Shown: positions 27,058 to 36,957, counted from the first letter of the stretch. The stretch: DNA of 64,000 bases from Deltaproteobacteria bacterium (GCA_013151775.1 JAADHO010000094.1:2235-66234); one strand, 5' to 3'. Notes: generated by a model from the sequence alone, not told the origin. Program-made: numbers and translations.

Positions 27058-29825
27058 CTGAGGATGTTCAGGTCCTCATCCAGGATCGACTGGGCGGCCA
27101 GCAGGGCGCTGGTGACCGTGCCCTCCATGCTCGGGATATCGAAGCCGTTCTTGGTCCAGTCACCCGCGAGGCGCAGGTTCGAGAGCGTCAGCGGCGTAGG
27201 TGTCGGTCGGAACTTCAGCGTGCCGGGCTCCATCAACAGGTAGCGCGACCACTGGTCGATGCTCTCGTGCACGTACTGGTCGGCCATGGGATCGCCCGGC
27301 GTCCAGGGGTGATGCAGCACGCTCTCGTCGAACACGGGAGGCGTGCCCGTCTCGGCGGCGGGCAGGACGCGCCAATACTCGTCGCGCACCCACTTGCGCG
27401 CTTCCGTCTGGACCGCGGCCTCGGCCAGCGCACGGCTCGCCGGATCGAAGCTGTCCGTGCTCCAGCCTGCGCCGAAGGGACCCGATGCGTAGATCAGCGC
27501 CTTGGGTGCACCGGGTCCAGACCACGCCTCCACGTTCAGGAGTCGCCCGTTCTCCTGCAGGCTGTTCAGCGGCTGCCTGAAGCCGCCGACCACGACGCTG
27601 CCCCAGGGCCAGCCGAGCAGAGGCAGAGTGTCGTTCAGCCAGGTCTCGAGGTTGAAGGTCGCCACGGTCGGGATGTGTTGGATGTTCGCCAGCGTGGGAT
27701 CGGCCAAGTGGCCACGTAGGACGCGTGCGGTGACCGGCGCAGGCAGCGCGCACACCACCCAATCGAAGTCGCTGCCCACGTTCAGCTCGATGTCCGCACC
27801 AACCTGCGCGTTCACATCGTCCGCGAAAGGATCGAGCCCGGCGATCGGCACCGGCGGCGTGAGCTGCGTCAGGTCTGGGTCCCGGCGCCACACCCGCACC
27901 GTGCCGACCTGCCGGAAGGGATCGTACTCGTAGGGCCCGGCGGTCACGACGGCCTGCCGCCCGTAGGTGACCTTCTCCACGCGGCCCGCGCTCAGCTCGA
28001 CCGTCTTCACTTTGGCGAAGAACTCGACCTTCACGCCGCGCGCCTTCAGCACCTCGTAGAGCGGCGCGAAGACGGCCTCGCCCATGCCGACCTCCATGTC
28101 GTAGAAGACGGCCTTCTCGTAGTCGGTGACGAGCTTCAGCAGCCCGCGCGCCGCCACGCCCGCCGACAGCTTCGGATCGCTCTGGTCGGGACCCTTGTAG
28201 GCGAAGACTCCATCATAGGGCACCTGCATGATGGCCGAGTCGCGGATCTCCGGCATACCCGGGATGCGATGGCTCTCCATCCAGTCACGGAAGTCGAGCG
28301 CGTCGAGCTCGTCCCAGCTCTTGCCTCGGAGGATGTGATCTTCGGCGATGCCTTTGATCAAGGTGAGGGTGAAGGCGAACATCTCCGCAGCGACGGGGTT
28401 GCCGAGGCTCGGGAAGATCACGCCCTCGAGCATGTCGAGGATCTGATGCCCGGCGTGATCCGCGATCAACGACTTCAGCATATCGAGCATGTCGGAGACG
28501 CTCGTCGGACCTGCGCCGAAGGTGTCTGGTGTGCGCGGGAACTTCACTTCGAAGGAGTTCTCCCCATCGTTGAAGACCACATCCCAGCGCGGAGAGAAGG
28601 CCTCGTCAAAGGTCGAAGGATCGAGCGTTTCAGGTCGGTTTGCCTCAGCGTAGACCTCGCGGAACATACGCAAGAAGTTGTGATAGAAGCCGAAGATCAC
28701 GTGGATGCCGTGCTCTTCGATGCGCTCGGCGCGCGAGGCGTTTCGCCAGTTGGCGCCCTTGCCGCCGAGGATGTTCCCCATGGCCAGGATGCGCACGTCG
28801 TACTTGTCGCGCCGCGCCTCCGTGTCGGTCAGGTAGTAGGCGGTGGCGAGGGCGCCCATGCCGCCACCGGCGATCAGCACCTTCGTCTTTTCCGGTGGGA
28901 CGCGGCCGTCTTCCGGCAGCTCCTCGAGCACCTCGCCGGGCTCGAAACGGAAGTCCATCTCGAGGCTCGCGGCGAAGCTCGGCGTCACGCTCGCCGGCAA
29001 GCCGAGCACCTCGCGGATCGGCTCGCTCGCCATCTGCGCCAGGTTGATGCTCACCTTCGAGGCGTCTCCCACTCGCACGTTGCGCACCGCCTGCACCGGC
29101 GCTGCCACGCGTGTCACGGCACGATAGAGGGCACGAGGCGGAACACCCCCGGGGGTGACGTCGGCGATCTGCTTGAGCTGAATCAGATCCTGCTCGAGCA
29201 GATGTCCGAGACTCCCGAGGGATCCCGGAAAGGGCCCGATGAGCGCGTCGAGATCATCGAGCAATTCGTCTGCGAGGCGCGCCATGGCGCTCTGGGTCAG
29301 CGCCTGAACCGTCATCAGTGGTTGGCGTCGCCAGGGCGATCCGTCGAAGATCTCCGCCCCGAGGACCTCGACCTCGGCCACGTCCGTGCCGTTCCAGAAG
29401 GCGTCTGCATCGGGCACGGAGACGCTCGCGGGTTTCTTCGGCAGGCCGTAGATCTCGCGCCCGGCGGCCACGGCGAGTCCCTCGTTCGGGTAGATGAAGG
29501 GGACGTGCATGGCGAGGAAGGGCGCGCCTCCGCGCATGCCCCACACGGGTACGAAGAAGCTCGCCTCGCTGTAGGCGAAGCTGCCCAAGCTCGGGTCGCC
29601 TGCGGTCGCCTCGGCCGTGTCCGTGAGCGTCATGAGCACGTGATGTCCGAGGCGATGCAGCTCGACACTTGGACGAGCCCACTCGAAGCTGCGGGCGAGC
29701 AGCGCGTCGAGGGCCAGCGGATCCGCGGGCAGCAGGAACATCAGCGCCTTCGTGCCGTTCAGCGTGAACGGTGGGTCCTGCACCAGCGGATAGCGCTCGA
29801 GGATGCGTTCCGGTCTCTCCAACAT
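27054..29825 (-). CDS. Fusion protein: acetoacetate-decarboxylase-like domain plus FAD/NAD(P)-binding amine-oxidase/desaturase-like oxidoreductase
   Basis: The N-terminal part has FIYPNEGLAVAAGREIYGLPKK (ADC-family signature region). Then comes the Rossmann dinucleotide motif KVLIAGGGMGALATAYYL and a long oxidase-like C-terminus. The start is placed at Met 29825 (MLERPERILERYPL...), since the tracked ORF's Arg-rich 60-aa extension looks non-coding. Confidence 0.8.
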   Translation of the reverse strand: MLERPERILERYPLVQDPPFTLNGTKALMFLLPADPLALDALLARSFEWARPSVELHRLGHHVLMTLTDTAEATAGDPSLGSFAYSEASFFVPVWGMRGGAPFLAMHVPFIYPNEGLAVAAGREIYGLPKKPASVSVPDADAFWNGTDVAEVEVLGAEIFDGSPWRRQPLMTVQALTQSAMARLADELLDDLDALIGPFPGSLGSLGHLLEQDLIQLKQIADVTPGGVPPRALYRAVTRVAAPVQAVRNVRVGDASKVSINLAQMASEPIREVLGLPASVTPSFAASLEMDFRFEPGEVLEELPEDGRVPPEKTKVLIAGGGMGALATAYYLTDTEARRDKYDVRILAMGNILGGKGANWRNASRAERIEEHGIHVIFGFYHNFLRMFREVYAEANRPETLDPSTFDEAFSPRWDVVFNDGENSFEVKFPRTPDTFGAGPTSVSDMLDMLKSLIADHAGHQILDMLEGVIFPSLGNPVAAEMFAFTLTLIKGIAEDHILRGKSWDELDALDFRDWMESHRIPGMPEIRDSAIMQVPYDGVFAYKGPDQSDPKLSAGVAARGLLKLVTDYEKAVFYDMEVGMGEAVFAPLYEVLKARGVKVEFFAKVKTVELSAGRVEKVTYGRQAVVTAGPYEYDPFRQVGTVRVWRRDPDLTQLTPPVPIAGLDPFADDVNAQVGADIELNVGSDFDWVVCALPAPVTARVLRGHLADPTLANIQHIPTVATFNLETWLNDTLPLLGWPWGSVVVGGFRQPLNSLQENGRLLNVEAWSGPGAPKALIYASGPFGAGWSTDSFDPASRALAEAAVQTEARKWVRDEYWRVLPAAETGTPPVFDESVLHHPWTPGDPMADQYVHESIDQWSRYLLMEPGTLKFRPTPTPLTLSNLRLAGDWTKNGFDIPSMEGTVTSALLAAQSILDEDLNILR

Positions 29826-29881
29826 GGCTCTCTCCCTTCGGCGGCGCCCCGGCCGCTCGTCTCCGCGAGACTTCGCGTGGC

Positions 29882-30487
29882 TCAGCTCAGATGCACCAAA
29901 TACGACGCGTTGGACTCGCTGTGGAAGGCAGCGTGAATCCGCGGCTGCTTGCCATAGTGCTGCACCATGCCCTCGAGGGTGCCGAGGGCGTAGCAGTCGG
30001 GCCAACCGTAGAAGTCCTCGAAGTCGACGCGCAGACCGTCGTCCTCTTCACGCACTACGACGCGACCGCCCTTGATGCTCATGCGGTACATGTCGGGCAG
30101 CTTGGAGAGCGAGGACTTGAGGTCGCCCGTGAGCGCCAAGGTGACGCGACCCACCCGCGAGCCCGCGAACTGCTGAAAGTCCAGGCGTGCGAGCCGGCGC
30201 ATAGCCTCGGGGACGGGCTGCACGGGCCAGCTGCGTGTGGCCGCCGCCAGACAGAGGCGTGAATAGTCGAGCTGCGGATAGTCGCGAAAGGGCAGGTAGC
30301 GACCCATGCGAGGAGGCTCGAGCAGCTTGCCCTCGACGCTCTGCAGACCGTCGCCGAGGGTCTTGAGCACACGAGAGAAGTACATGCCCTTGATGGTGTA
30401 GTGACGGGGAAAATGCGAGAAGCGCTCTTCACCATCCACGCTGCCCGTTAGGGGCGTGCTGAGGCTCATTTCGGCGTGCCAGGACAC
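29882..30487 (-). CDS. Hypothetical small protein (DUF2378/TIGR02265-like suspected)
   Basis: A 201-aa ORF directly upstream of, and co-oriented with, the ADC-oxidoreductase gene. Its size and general composition recall the myxobacterial TIGR02265 paralogous family. That is from memory, unverified. Confidence 0.5.
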   Translation of the reverse strand: MSWHAEMSLSTPLTGSVDGEERFSHFPRHYTIKGMYFSRVLKTLGDGLQSVEGKLLEPPRMGRYLPFRDYPQLDYSRLCLAAATRSWPVQPVPEAMRRLARLDFQQFAGSRVGRVTLALTGDLKSSLSKLPDMYRMSIKGGRVVVREEDDGLRVDFEDFYGWPDCYALGTLEGMVQHYGKQPRIHAAFHSESNASYLVHLS

Positions 30488-30555
30488 TATGCAAAGATAC
30501 TACATGACACCCGTGTCCGCTGGAACGGCAGATCGCTCGGGGCGACACGAATTGA

Positions 30556-31101
30556 TCAGATTGTCGGGCTGAGTGTGCGAGGGAGGTCGAAGAGAGGCCG
30601 AGTGCCCGTGGGCAGGCGAGTCGGATCTTCCGTGGGCACCGAAGCATCGACCTCCGTGATCACGACCGTGCCACGGCTCGGGCCAAGCTCGCCCCCCTGA
30701 CAACGTCGAGAGCCCGCGTCGAGAGCCCGGAGGCGTTGGTGAAACACGCTGGCCACTTGCACCAGGCCCGCCACTCCCCGCGTGTCCCCCGCTGCGTCAC
30801 GTCTGACGGCGAGCAGCTTTCGATACTCGACCTGACGCAAGAGCCCGTGGACCTGCGAGAGGTGGCTGCTGAGACAGCGCGCGATCACACGCTCGTGACT
30901 GCGTCGAGCGTCGTCGAGGCTGACGGAGATGCGCCTGGCGAGCAGCGATCCACGGCGCTCCACGGTCGCGAGCGGGCGCTGGGCCGTGGCGCGGTCGACG
31001 TGTGCGGTAGATTGGCGATGGGCGGAACTCGGGCGTTGCGCTTGGGCCGGGGCCGACGCGAACGCGAGGAGCGCCGCCGCGATAAGGGAGAGTCGCAGCA
31101 T
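30556..31101 (-). CDS. Secreted hypothetical protein
   Basis: Clear signal peptide MLRLSLIAAALLAFASAPAQAQ. No further motif. Confidence 0.5.
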   Translation of the reverse strand: MLRLSLIAAALLAFASAPAQAQRPSSAHRQSTAHVDRATAQRPLATVERRGSLLARRISVSLDDARRSHERVIARCLSSHLSQVHGLLRQVEYRKLLAVRRDAAGDTRGVAGLVQVASVFHQRLRALDAGSRRCQGGELGPSRGTVVITEVDASVPTEDPTRLPTGTRPLFDLPRTLSPTI

Positions 31102-31128
31102 GGGCAGATACCTCGTGATTCAGAGGCT

Positions 31129-32772
31129 ATGTTGCTGCGGGCAGCGAAGAAATTCATGGCCCTCGACCGCCGCGCACGCTTCGGCCAATATCCCAACTCC
31201 ATGGCCCTCCCTGCTGCATCGCGCGACGCCTATGCGAACCTGCTCCGAGACACTCGTGGTCTGCGTCGCGAGCAGGCGACGGCGCGCGAGTCTTGGTATG
31301 CGGCGCTGCCGTGGAAGCACAAGGAGCAGACGCTCTTCGAGTTGGAGGTGCTGCTCAAGGGCTTCGCCTGCTTCGGTAACGCGCGCAACCAAGCGGGGCC
31401 ACCGCGTCGCACGTCGGAGCTCGCCCACGACTTCCGCGAGGAGCTCGGCGTGGTCGCAGCGGCCCTCGAGCGCGCGATCGAGTGCACCCGCGAGCTGCTC
31501 GGCGAACGAGAGCGAGCCTACGCCTTCACCCGCTACCTCGAGTCCGTAACGCCAGGTGACGTCGGCCGCGAGCGCCTGCTGCGCGAACAACTCAGCCAGG
31601 TCACGCCACAGGAGTCGCTCTTCGTCCTGCGCAACACCTTCGGCGCCTTCTTCGAGCTCGCGGGTGGACTCGCACAGAAGCCGCACTTGCCCCATCGCCT
31701 GTATCACGCGCTGCTCGGCACGATCACCCGAGAGGTCGGTCGAAACGCCTACTTCGATCCGCTGATCGCGCTGGAGTTTCGGCCCGAGTTCGACCGCATA
31801 CGTAGCCCCGAGGCCCTCGAGGCGCTGGCGAGCATCGAGAGCGACAGCGTTCATCGCGTGGTCGCGCTGACCATGCTCAGCCTCTTCCGCACGCTGCGCT
31901 ACGTGGAGCTGGTGGATCAATACGCCACGGACGCTCGCCGCAGTCGTCTGGGCTATCTCGTGCTCGCCGTGCTGCGCAGCGACCTGCGCACGCTCACGCG
32001 ACATCTGGGCACACACGCCGGGGACATCATGGCGGACGGACTCGAGCGCGAGCTCTTGGCGCTGCCCATGGCCGACGTCGCGCAGGGTTACGCTGCGCTC
32101 AGCGATCGTCTCAGCAAGATGACCTCACTGCGTGGGCTGCTTGCGAGCATGGCCAATTCGTTGCGCTTGGAAGTGAAGCGCAGCTTCGAGCGCGACCTGC
32201 CGAACCTCGAGTCCGCGCCCGTGCGTGATGAGCTCGGGCCCGTGCTGGTGGTCGCCACAGCCTCCCTGCGCGCGTCGATTCACCACGCCATCGGGGCCGT
32301 CTGTCAGGAGCTCGTGCCCGGGGTCGTGCCGCCGGTCTTGGGCAGCAAGCTCTCGAGCCAACGTCGAGCGAGCGAGCGTCTGCGGCGTGACGTGTGGATG
32401 TTCTCGCGCGTGCTGCGTGGCTTCTTGGCCAAGGCCAAGGCGGCCACGGGGGATCCCGATCGCTGGGCCGAGAGCGCGCGCTTCGCCTTTGTGCGTGAAT
32501 TCCTGCGACACTTCCGAGCCATCGGATACCAGCTCGTGCGCGCCAGTGACTACGAGGGCATCGATCGCTTCATGGTCGCGCTCGAGACCCTGCGCGACGT
32601 GGATCTGCTCGATCCCGATCGACTACAGATCGTCGTCGCCGAGTGCGAGGCCTTCTACGCTCACCTCGACGCGCTCTTCGCACAGGTGTCGCGCCGACAG
32701 GAGCTCTCGGGTCATCCCTTCGACAAGAAGGAAGCGGCGGAGACGCTCAAGCTCTACCTCGGCGCCGCCTGA
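31129..32772 (+). CDS. Hypothetical cytoplasmic protein, helical
   Basis: Long GC3-rich ORF. The start is moved to the ATG at 31129 to avoid overlap with the divergent secreted-protein gene. No motif recognised. Confidence 0.55.
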   Translation: MLLRAAKKFMALDRRARFGQYPNSMALPAASRDAYANLLRDTRGLRREQATARESWYAALPWKHKEQTLFELEVLLKGFACFGNARNQAGPPRRTSELAHDFREELGVVAAALERAIECTRELLGERERAYAFTRYLESVTPGDVGRERLLREQLSQVTPQESLFVLRNTFGAFFELAGGLAQKPHLPHRLYHALLGTITREVGRNAYFDPLIALEFRPEFDRIRSPEALEALASIESDSVHRVVALTMLSLFRTLRYVELVDQYATDARRSRLGYLVLAVLRSDLRTLTRHLGTHAGDIMADGLERELLALPMADVAQGYAALSDRLSKMTSLRGLLASMANSLRLEVKRSFERDLPNLESAPVRDELGPVLVVATASLRASIHHAIGAVCQELVPGVVPPVLGSKLSSQRRASERLRRDVWMFSRVLRGFLAKAKAATGDPDRWAESARFAFVREFLRHFRAIGYQLVRASDYEGIDRFMVALETLRDVDLLDPDRLQIVVAECEAFYAHLDALFAQVSRRQELSGHPFDKKEAAETLKLYLGAA

Positions 32773-32788
32773 TCGCCTTTCGGCTAGG

Positions 32789-34171
32789 TTAGGCGCGCAG
32801 GAGCCCGCGCAGGTTCGCGGCCGCGCCTTCCGGACGCTCCCAGCCGGGCTCGGCGACGACTAGGCGTAGATCCAAATCGCTCAAGAGCGCGACCAGGTTC
32901 TTCGAGACAGCGCGCGAGGAGAGCACCATGACGGCCCGACTCGGAGCCATGAAGGCGGCGATCATCGGCAAGGACGAGTCGTCCGGAGGCAGGGCGAAGA
33001 GCTCTAGGCGTGCACCCCCGATGCTGAGCGTGCCCAAGGCGCCGAACACGGACGAGCCTGCGGGGGCGGGCGGATCCACCGCCGGACGAAACTGACGGAT
33101 CGCTGAGAGCGCTCGGCAGAAGGCTGCGATCTGCTCACGTGCCTCGGCGATCACGCCCACACGAATCACGCCCTTCAGACCCGACCTGCGCAGCTCGGCC
33201 GCCGCAGCGCCCAGCATCAACGCCTCGTCTTCGCGGCAGAGGTCGATCTCCTCCACCTGAATCCCGAGCACCTCCACGGCGCCCTCCTCGATCAGACGCA
33301 GCAGCGCGCGCAGCACCTCGAGGTCGTGAGCCACCGCGTGATCGAGCAGCTCCTGCACGCTTCGATCCTCGACCAAGAGCGCCATCACCTCTGCGGCGAC
33401 TGCTTCCTCGGGCCTCAGGTCGAGGCTGCGGCGCAGCAAGGCGCGACGCGAGGGCAGACTCGGTGCGAGCCTCTCGACCTCGTCCGCCCGACGCGCGGCC
33501 TCCATCAAGAGTCCCGAGACGCTGCTCTGAATGCGTCTCTTGCCGACGTGCTCCGTGGGGGTGAACACGAACTGACCTTCGGTCACGGCCAGGGCTCGGT
33601 AGAGGGCCTTCTCGCCGCTGACGCCTCCGGCCGTGGCGTCGACCACGTCGCCACGCTCCACCCAGATGCTGGCGTCCGTGTCTCCTTGCGCGAGCACCAG
33701 GCGGCCCGTGCGCGCGTTGGCGGCGAACACCTGGAGAAGATCGAAGAGCGCGACCTGATCGAGATCTCCCCGCAGCTCGCGCTCCTCCGCGGGGGCGTGG
33801 GCCGCCCGAAGGAGATCATCGATGCGCGCCGCGACCTCGCCCGCGTGGAAGGGTTTGACCACGGGTTCAGCCCGAGCGTCCAGCGACGCGAGGCGGGCGG
33901 GATCGCCTCGGCCCATCACGAAGAGGTGCGCGCCGCTGGTGCGTGGATCTTCGCGGATCACGTCGAAGAAGGTGCGCAGGTCGAGCACAGGCAGCGCCTC
34001 GTCGACCAACACGACCTCCGCGCGAACTTCGGCCGCTCGGGTCAGGCCCGTGCGACCATCGGTGGCCAGGCTGACCGAGTGACCCTTCTCGCGGAGCGCC
34101 TGCGCGAGCGCCTCGAGAGAGGCCCAGTCTTCGTCGACCACGAGCACGCGACCTGCGACGGAGCTCTTCAT
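32789..34171 (-). CDS. Response regulator receiver plus DUF4388 (PATAN-like) domain protein
   Basis: Receiver VLVVDED...VVLVDEALP...FVMG, then LRGDLDQVALFDLLQVFAANARTGRLVL, typical of DUF4388. Its start overlaps the upstream gene stop by 4 nt. Confidence 0.8.
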   Translation of the reverse strand: MKSSVAGRVLVVDEDWASLEALAQALREKGHSVSLATDGRTGLTRAAEVRAEVVLVDEALPVLDLRTFFDVIREDPRTSGAHLFVMGRGDPARLASLDARAEPVVKPFHAGEVAARIDDLLRAAHAPAEERELRGDLDQVALFDLLQVFAANARTGRLVLAQGDTDASIWVERGDVVDATAGGVSGEKALYRALAVTEGQFVFTPTEHVGKRRIQSSVSGLLMEAARRADEVERLAPSLPSRRALLRRSLDLRPEEAVAAEVMALLVEDRSVQELLDHAVAHDLEVLRALLRLIEEGAVEVLGIQVEEIDLCREDEALMLGAAAAELRRSGLKGVIRVGVIAEAREQIAAFCRALSAIRQFRPAVDPPAPAGSSVFGALGTLSIGGARLELFALPPDDSSLPMIAAFMAPSRAVMVLSSRAVSKNLVALLSDLDLRLVVAEPGWERPEGAAANLRGLLRA

Positions 34172-36042
34172 CGGGGCGCCTCGGGTTGAAGATGGTAGCG
34201 CTCGCGGAGGCTCTCCACGAGGCCGTCCACCAGGAAGAGATCCGCGCTCTGGAAGGCGATCAGGCTGTGTCCATCGAGCCGCCGAGCGAGCAAGGCGTAG
34301 GCGCCGAGCTCTGTCGCGGAGAGCAGGAAGATGCGTGAGTCGAGGCGCTCGTCGTCGACGCGCAGCTCGAAGCTGCTGCCCGACGCCTCGCGACCCAAGA
34401 CCCAGACGCGGGTGCGACCGCCTTTGGTCTGGGCGGCCAGGGTGACGGCGGCCGCGACACCCGCGTCGCCCGCGACATAGAACGAGCCCTCGGCGTCGTG
34501 GCGCAGCGCGTCGGAGGCGAGGGCGGCGCCCACGCGGGCCAAGAGCCCAGGCGTGAACGTGCCGTGACGCGAGAGACCCACCTCGTCGTGCGTGCGCTCG
34601 AGGTCGCTGTGCATGGCGACGCGTCCGTCGGCGTCGAGCAGCGCGTCGTCTTCACCGCCGAGCAGCACGTCCACGCGCTCCCAGAAGGAGAGCTTGTCGA
34701 GTTCGAGCCGCCGGGCGACGCCGCGCTGCTCGCGCTCGGCACGTCGCCGGCTCGTGCGCAGCAGGCGGCCGAGATCGGCGCCATCGGTGGGGTACACGGC
34801 GACACCGATCGCCGGAGGTGCGAGGCGTTCGTCATTGAAACTCAGCTCCGCCTCCTGCAGCGCCGCGAGCACTCGTCGACGCGCGGCGAGGGCGCCCAAG
34901 AGCCCGGCTTCGGGCAAGAGCAGGTAGAGTTCTTCGTCGTCCACCCGCGCGACCACGTCGGAGTCGCGCACCGCCGAGAGCACCGCGTCCACGATGCGGC
35001 GCTGCAGCTCGAGCAGGCTGCCGGCGGTGGGGCCGACGCCGGCGCGAAGCAAGCCATCGAAGGCCACGGTCATCAGCGTAAAGCGTCGGTCGTGTCTGGC
35101 CGCGCGGTCGATCTCGCGACCCGCGACGTCGCCGAAGTAGGCGAAGGTGTAGGCGCTGGTCTCTGGGTCCTTGATGCCCGTGCGCGCGATGGCCTCGGCC
35201 TTGCCCGAGGCGACCAACGCGGCCGTGCCGAGCGCGGCTACGGTCTCGAGCGCCTCCGCGCAGGCCTCGGGTAGGTCCGCGGCCATCGCCGCGTCCTGCG
35301 GCACCAGATCCACCAAGGCGCAGACTTCCATCGGTCCCACCAACGAGAGGCGCAGAGAGCCGTGGGACGAGACGATGCCGGTGACTGGATCGAGATCGTC
35401 GAGATCATCGCTCGTGGGTGCGGCGGGCCAGCGGGTTTCATCTCCCGTGGACGCGGCGCGGATGAATCCACCGGCCATGCTGCGCAGCGGGATGTAGATG
35501 GCGCCGGCGCCCAGCGGGAGCTCTGCGGCGCAAGCCTCGAGAATGCGCGAGGCGACGACGCTGGCGTCGGTCTCCGAGACGAAGGCGGCGCAGCGCGCGT
35601 AGGTCTGAGCGCGCCGCTTGTTGCGTCCACCTTCGGCAGCGAGGCGGGCGCGTTCGCGCAGCAACAGTCGGCGCTCGCGCGCGCGGTCCGCGGCCACGAG
35701 CAGTGCGTCGCCTGTCAACGGGCGCATCACGGTGGTCAATACGCCCAAGGCCATGGCGTGACCGCTCTCGGCGATCTCGTCGCGCGAGGCGACCACCACG
35801 ACGTCGGTCTCGGGATGCAGCGCGCGCACGTGATGCACGAACGCTAGGCCATCCCCGCGTGGCAAGGAGAGCGACACGATGGCGAGATCGAAGGCCTCCT
35901 TCTGCATCGACGCGAGGCCCGTGGTGACGTCGTGCATCACGGAGGGACGGTCTCCATGGTCTGCGAGCACGCGCGCCACGAAGCTCGCCTCCTCCTCTCG
36001 GGCGAGGATCACGAGCACGCGGAGACGCGGTGGTTCCATCAT
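34168..36042 (-). CDS. Pseudo-receiver plus degenerate GGDEF-like domain protein
   Basis: It has a receiver-like N-terminus, but Ser sits where the phospho-acceptor Asp is expected (FDLAIVSLSLP). The C-terminal GGDEF-fold region has RVDDEEL in place of R.GGDEF. The start at MMEPPRLRVLVIL (36042) overlaps the dapF stop; the tracked ORF's upstream extension lies antisense/overlapping dapF. Confidence 0.7.
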   Translation of the reverse strand: MMEPPRLRVLVILAREEEASFVARVLADHGDRPSVMHDVTTGLASMQKEAFDLAIVSLSLPRGDGLAFVHHVRALHPETDVVVVASRDEIAESGHAMALGVLTTVMRPLTGDALLVAADRARERRLLLRERARLAAEGGRNKRRAQTYARCAAFVSETDASVVASRILEACAAELPLGAGAIYIPLRSMAGGFIRAASTGDETRWPAAPTSDDLDDLDPVTGIVSSHGSLRLSLVGPMEVCALVDLVPQDAAMAADLPEACAEALETVAALGTAALVASGKAEAIARTGIKDPETSAYTFAYFGDVAGREIDRAARHDRRFTLMTVAFDGLLRAGVGPTAGSLLELQRRIVDAVLSAVRDSDVVARVDDEELYLLLPEAGLLGALAARRRVLAALQEAELSFNDERLAPPAIGVAVYPTDGADLGRLLRTSRRRAEREQRGVARRLELDKLSFWERVDVLLGGEDDALLDADGRVAMHSDLERTHDEVGLSRHGTFTPGLLARVGAALASDALRHDAEGSFYVAGDAGVAAAVTLAAQTKGGRTRVWVLGREASGSSFELRVDDERLDSRIFLLSATELGAYALLARRLDGHSLIAFQSADLFLVDGLVESLRERYHLQPEAPR

Positions 36043-36866
36043 GGGACGAGCAGGTCGCGGCGAAGCTCGCCATCGAAGACGCGACGCGCAGCGCCACGCA
36101 TGGAGATGGGCGCGCCCTCTTGGCCGACCTCGAGTCGCAGGCGCCCGCCGGGGAGCTGCATGTCGATGGGCGCGTGGCGCTTGGCGCGTCTGGTTCGCAC
36201 GGCAGCATAGGCCGCGGCGCATGCGCCCGTTCCGCAGGCCCGCGTCCAGCCGGCGCCACGCTCGTGGACGCGCAGCTCGAAGTGGTCGTCCCGGCTGGTG
36301 ATGAAGCCCGCGTTCACGCCCTCGGGGAAGCGCGGGTCCTTGGTCAGCAGTGGTCCGAGGCGCCGCACGTCCTCCGGAGCGAGGTCGAAGACGAGCGCGT
36401 GGGGGTTGCCCATGCTCACGGCGGTCAAGCGAAGGGCCGTGCCATCGAGCTCGAACTCGGCGTCGATCAGGGGAGCGTCTGCGAGCACGGGAACGTCCTC
36501 GGGCGCCGTCTCGGCCGTGCGCATGGCGACCTCCACCTGCCCGTGGCGTCCGGGTGCGAGCACATGGCAGGCGTGGTCGCCGGCGTCCGTCTGCACCAGG
36601 AACTCGTCTCCAGCGCCTCGCTCTTGCAACCACAGCGCCACGCAGCGCAGCCCGTTGCCGCACATCTCCGCCATGGAGCCGTCGGCGTTGTGCACGCGCA
36701 TGCCGTAGGGCTCGCGCTCGATCACGAGCACGCCATCCGCGCCCACGCCGAGGCGCCTGTCACAGAGGGCGACGGCCTCTGCCGGCGTCAACGGAACGCC
36801 AGCGAGCTCGGCCTCGTCCAAGAGGACGAAGTCGTTTCCGAGTCCTTCGTACTTCGAGAAGCGCAA
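36039..36866 (-). CDS. dapF: Diaminopimelate epimerase
   Basis: MRFSKYEGLGNDFVLLD, both catalytic Cys motifs (MCGNGLRC and ACGTGACA), 275 aa. Confidence 0.93.
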   Translation of the reverse strand: MRFSKYEGLGNDFVLLDEAELAGVPLTPAEAVALCDRRLGVGADGVLVIEREPYGMRVHNADGSMAEMCGNGLRCVALWLQERGAGDEFLVQTDAGDHACHVLAPGRHGQVEVAMRTAETAPEDVPVLADAPLIDAEFELDGTALRLTAVSMGNPHALVFDLAPEDVRRLGPLLTKDPRFPEGVNAGFITSRDDHFELRVHERGAGWTRACGTGACAAAYAAVRTRRAKRHAPIDMQLPGGRLRLEVGQEGAPISMRGAARRVFDGELRRDLLVP

Positions 36867-36957
36867 TGCGCCCGGAGACTAGTCCAGGCGCCGCGCTCGC
36901 GCGAGAGGCACGCAGACATCTGTCCAGACATCTCTCGCAGTCTGGTAGCCTGCGCCC

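Noticed and set aside
28269-29936. 555-aa plus-strand ORF opposite the ADC/FAD-oxidoreductase fusion
   Set aside because: The antisense frame lacks motifs. The minus-strand frame carries both the ADC-like and the Rossmann signatures.
36913-36933. Direct repeat CAGACATCT-N3-CAGACATCT upstream of the first pilin-like gene, and the 15-bp palindrome GGGTCAGGCTGACCC (38194-38208) upstream of the second
   Set aside because: These are short motifs of a size expected by chance in 64 kb. They are not shared between the two paralogous promoters, so there is no support for a common operator.
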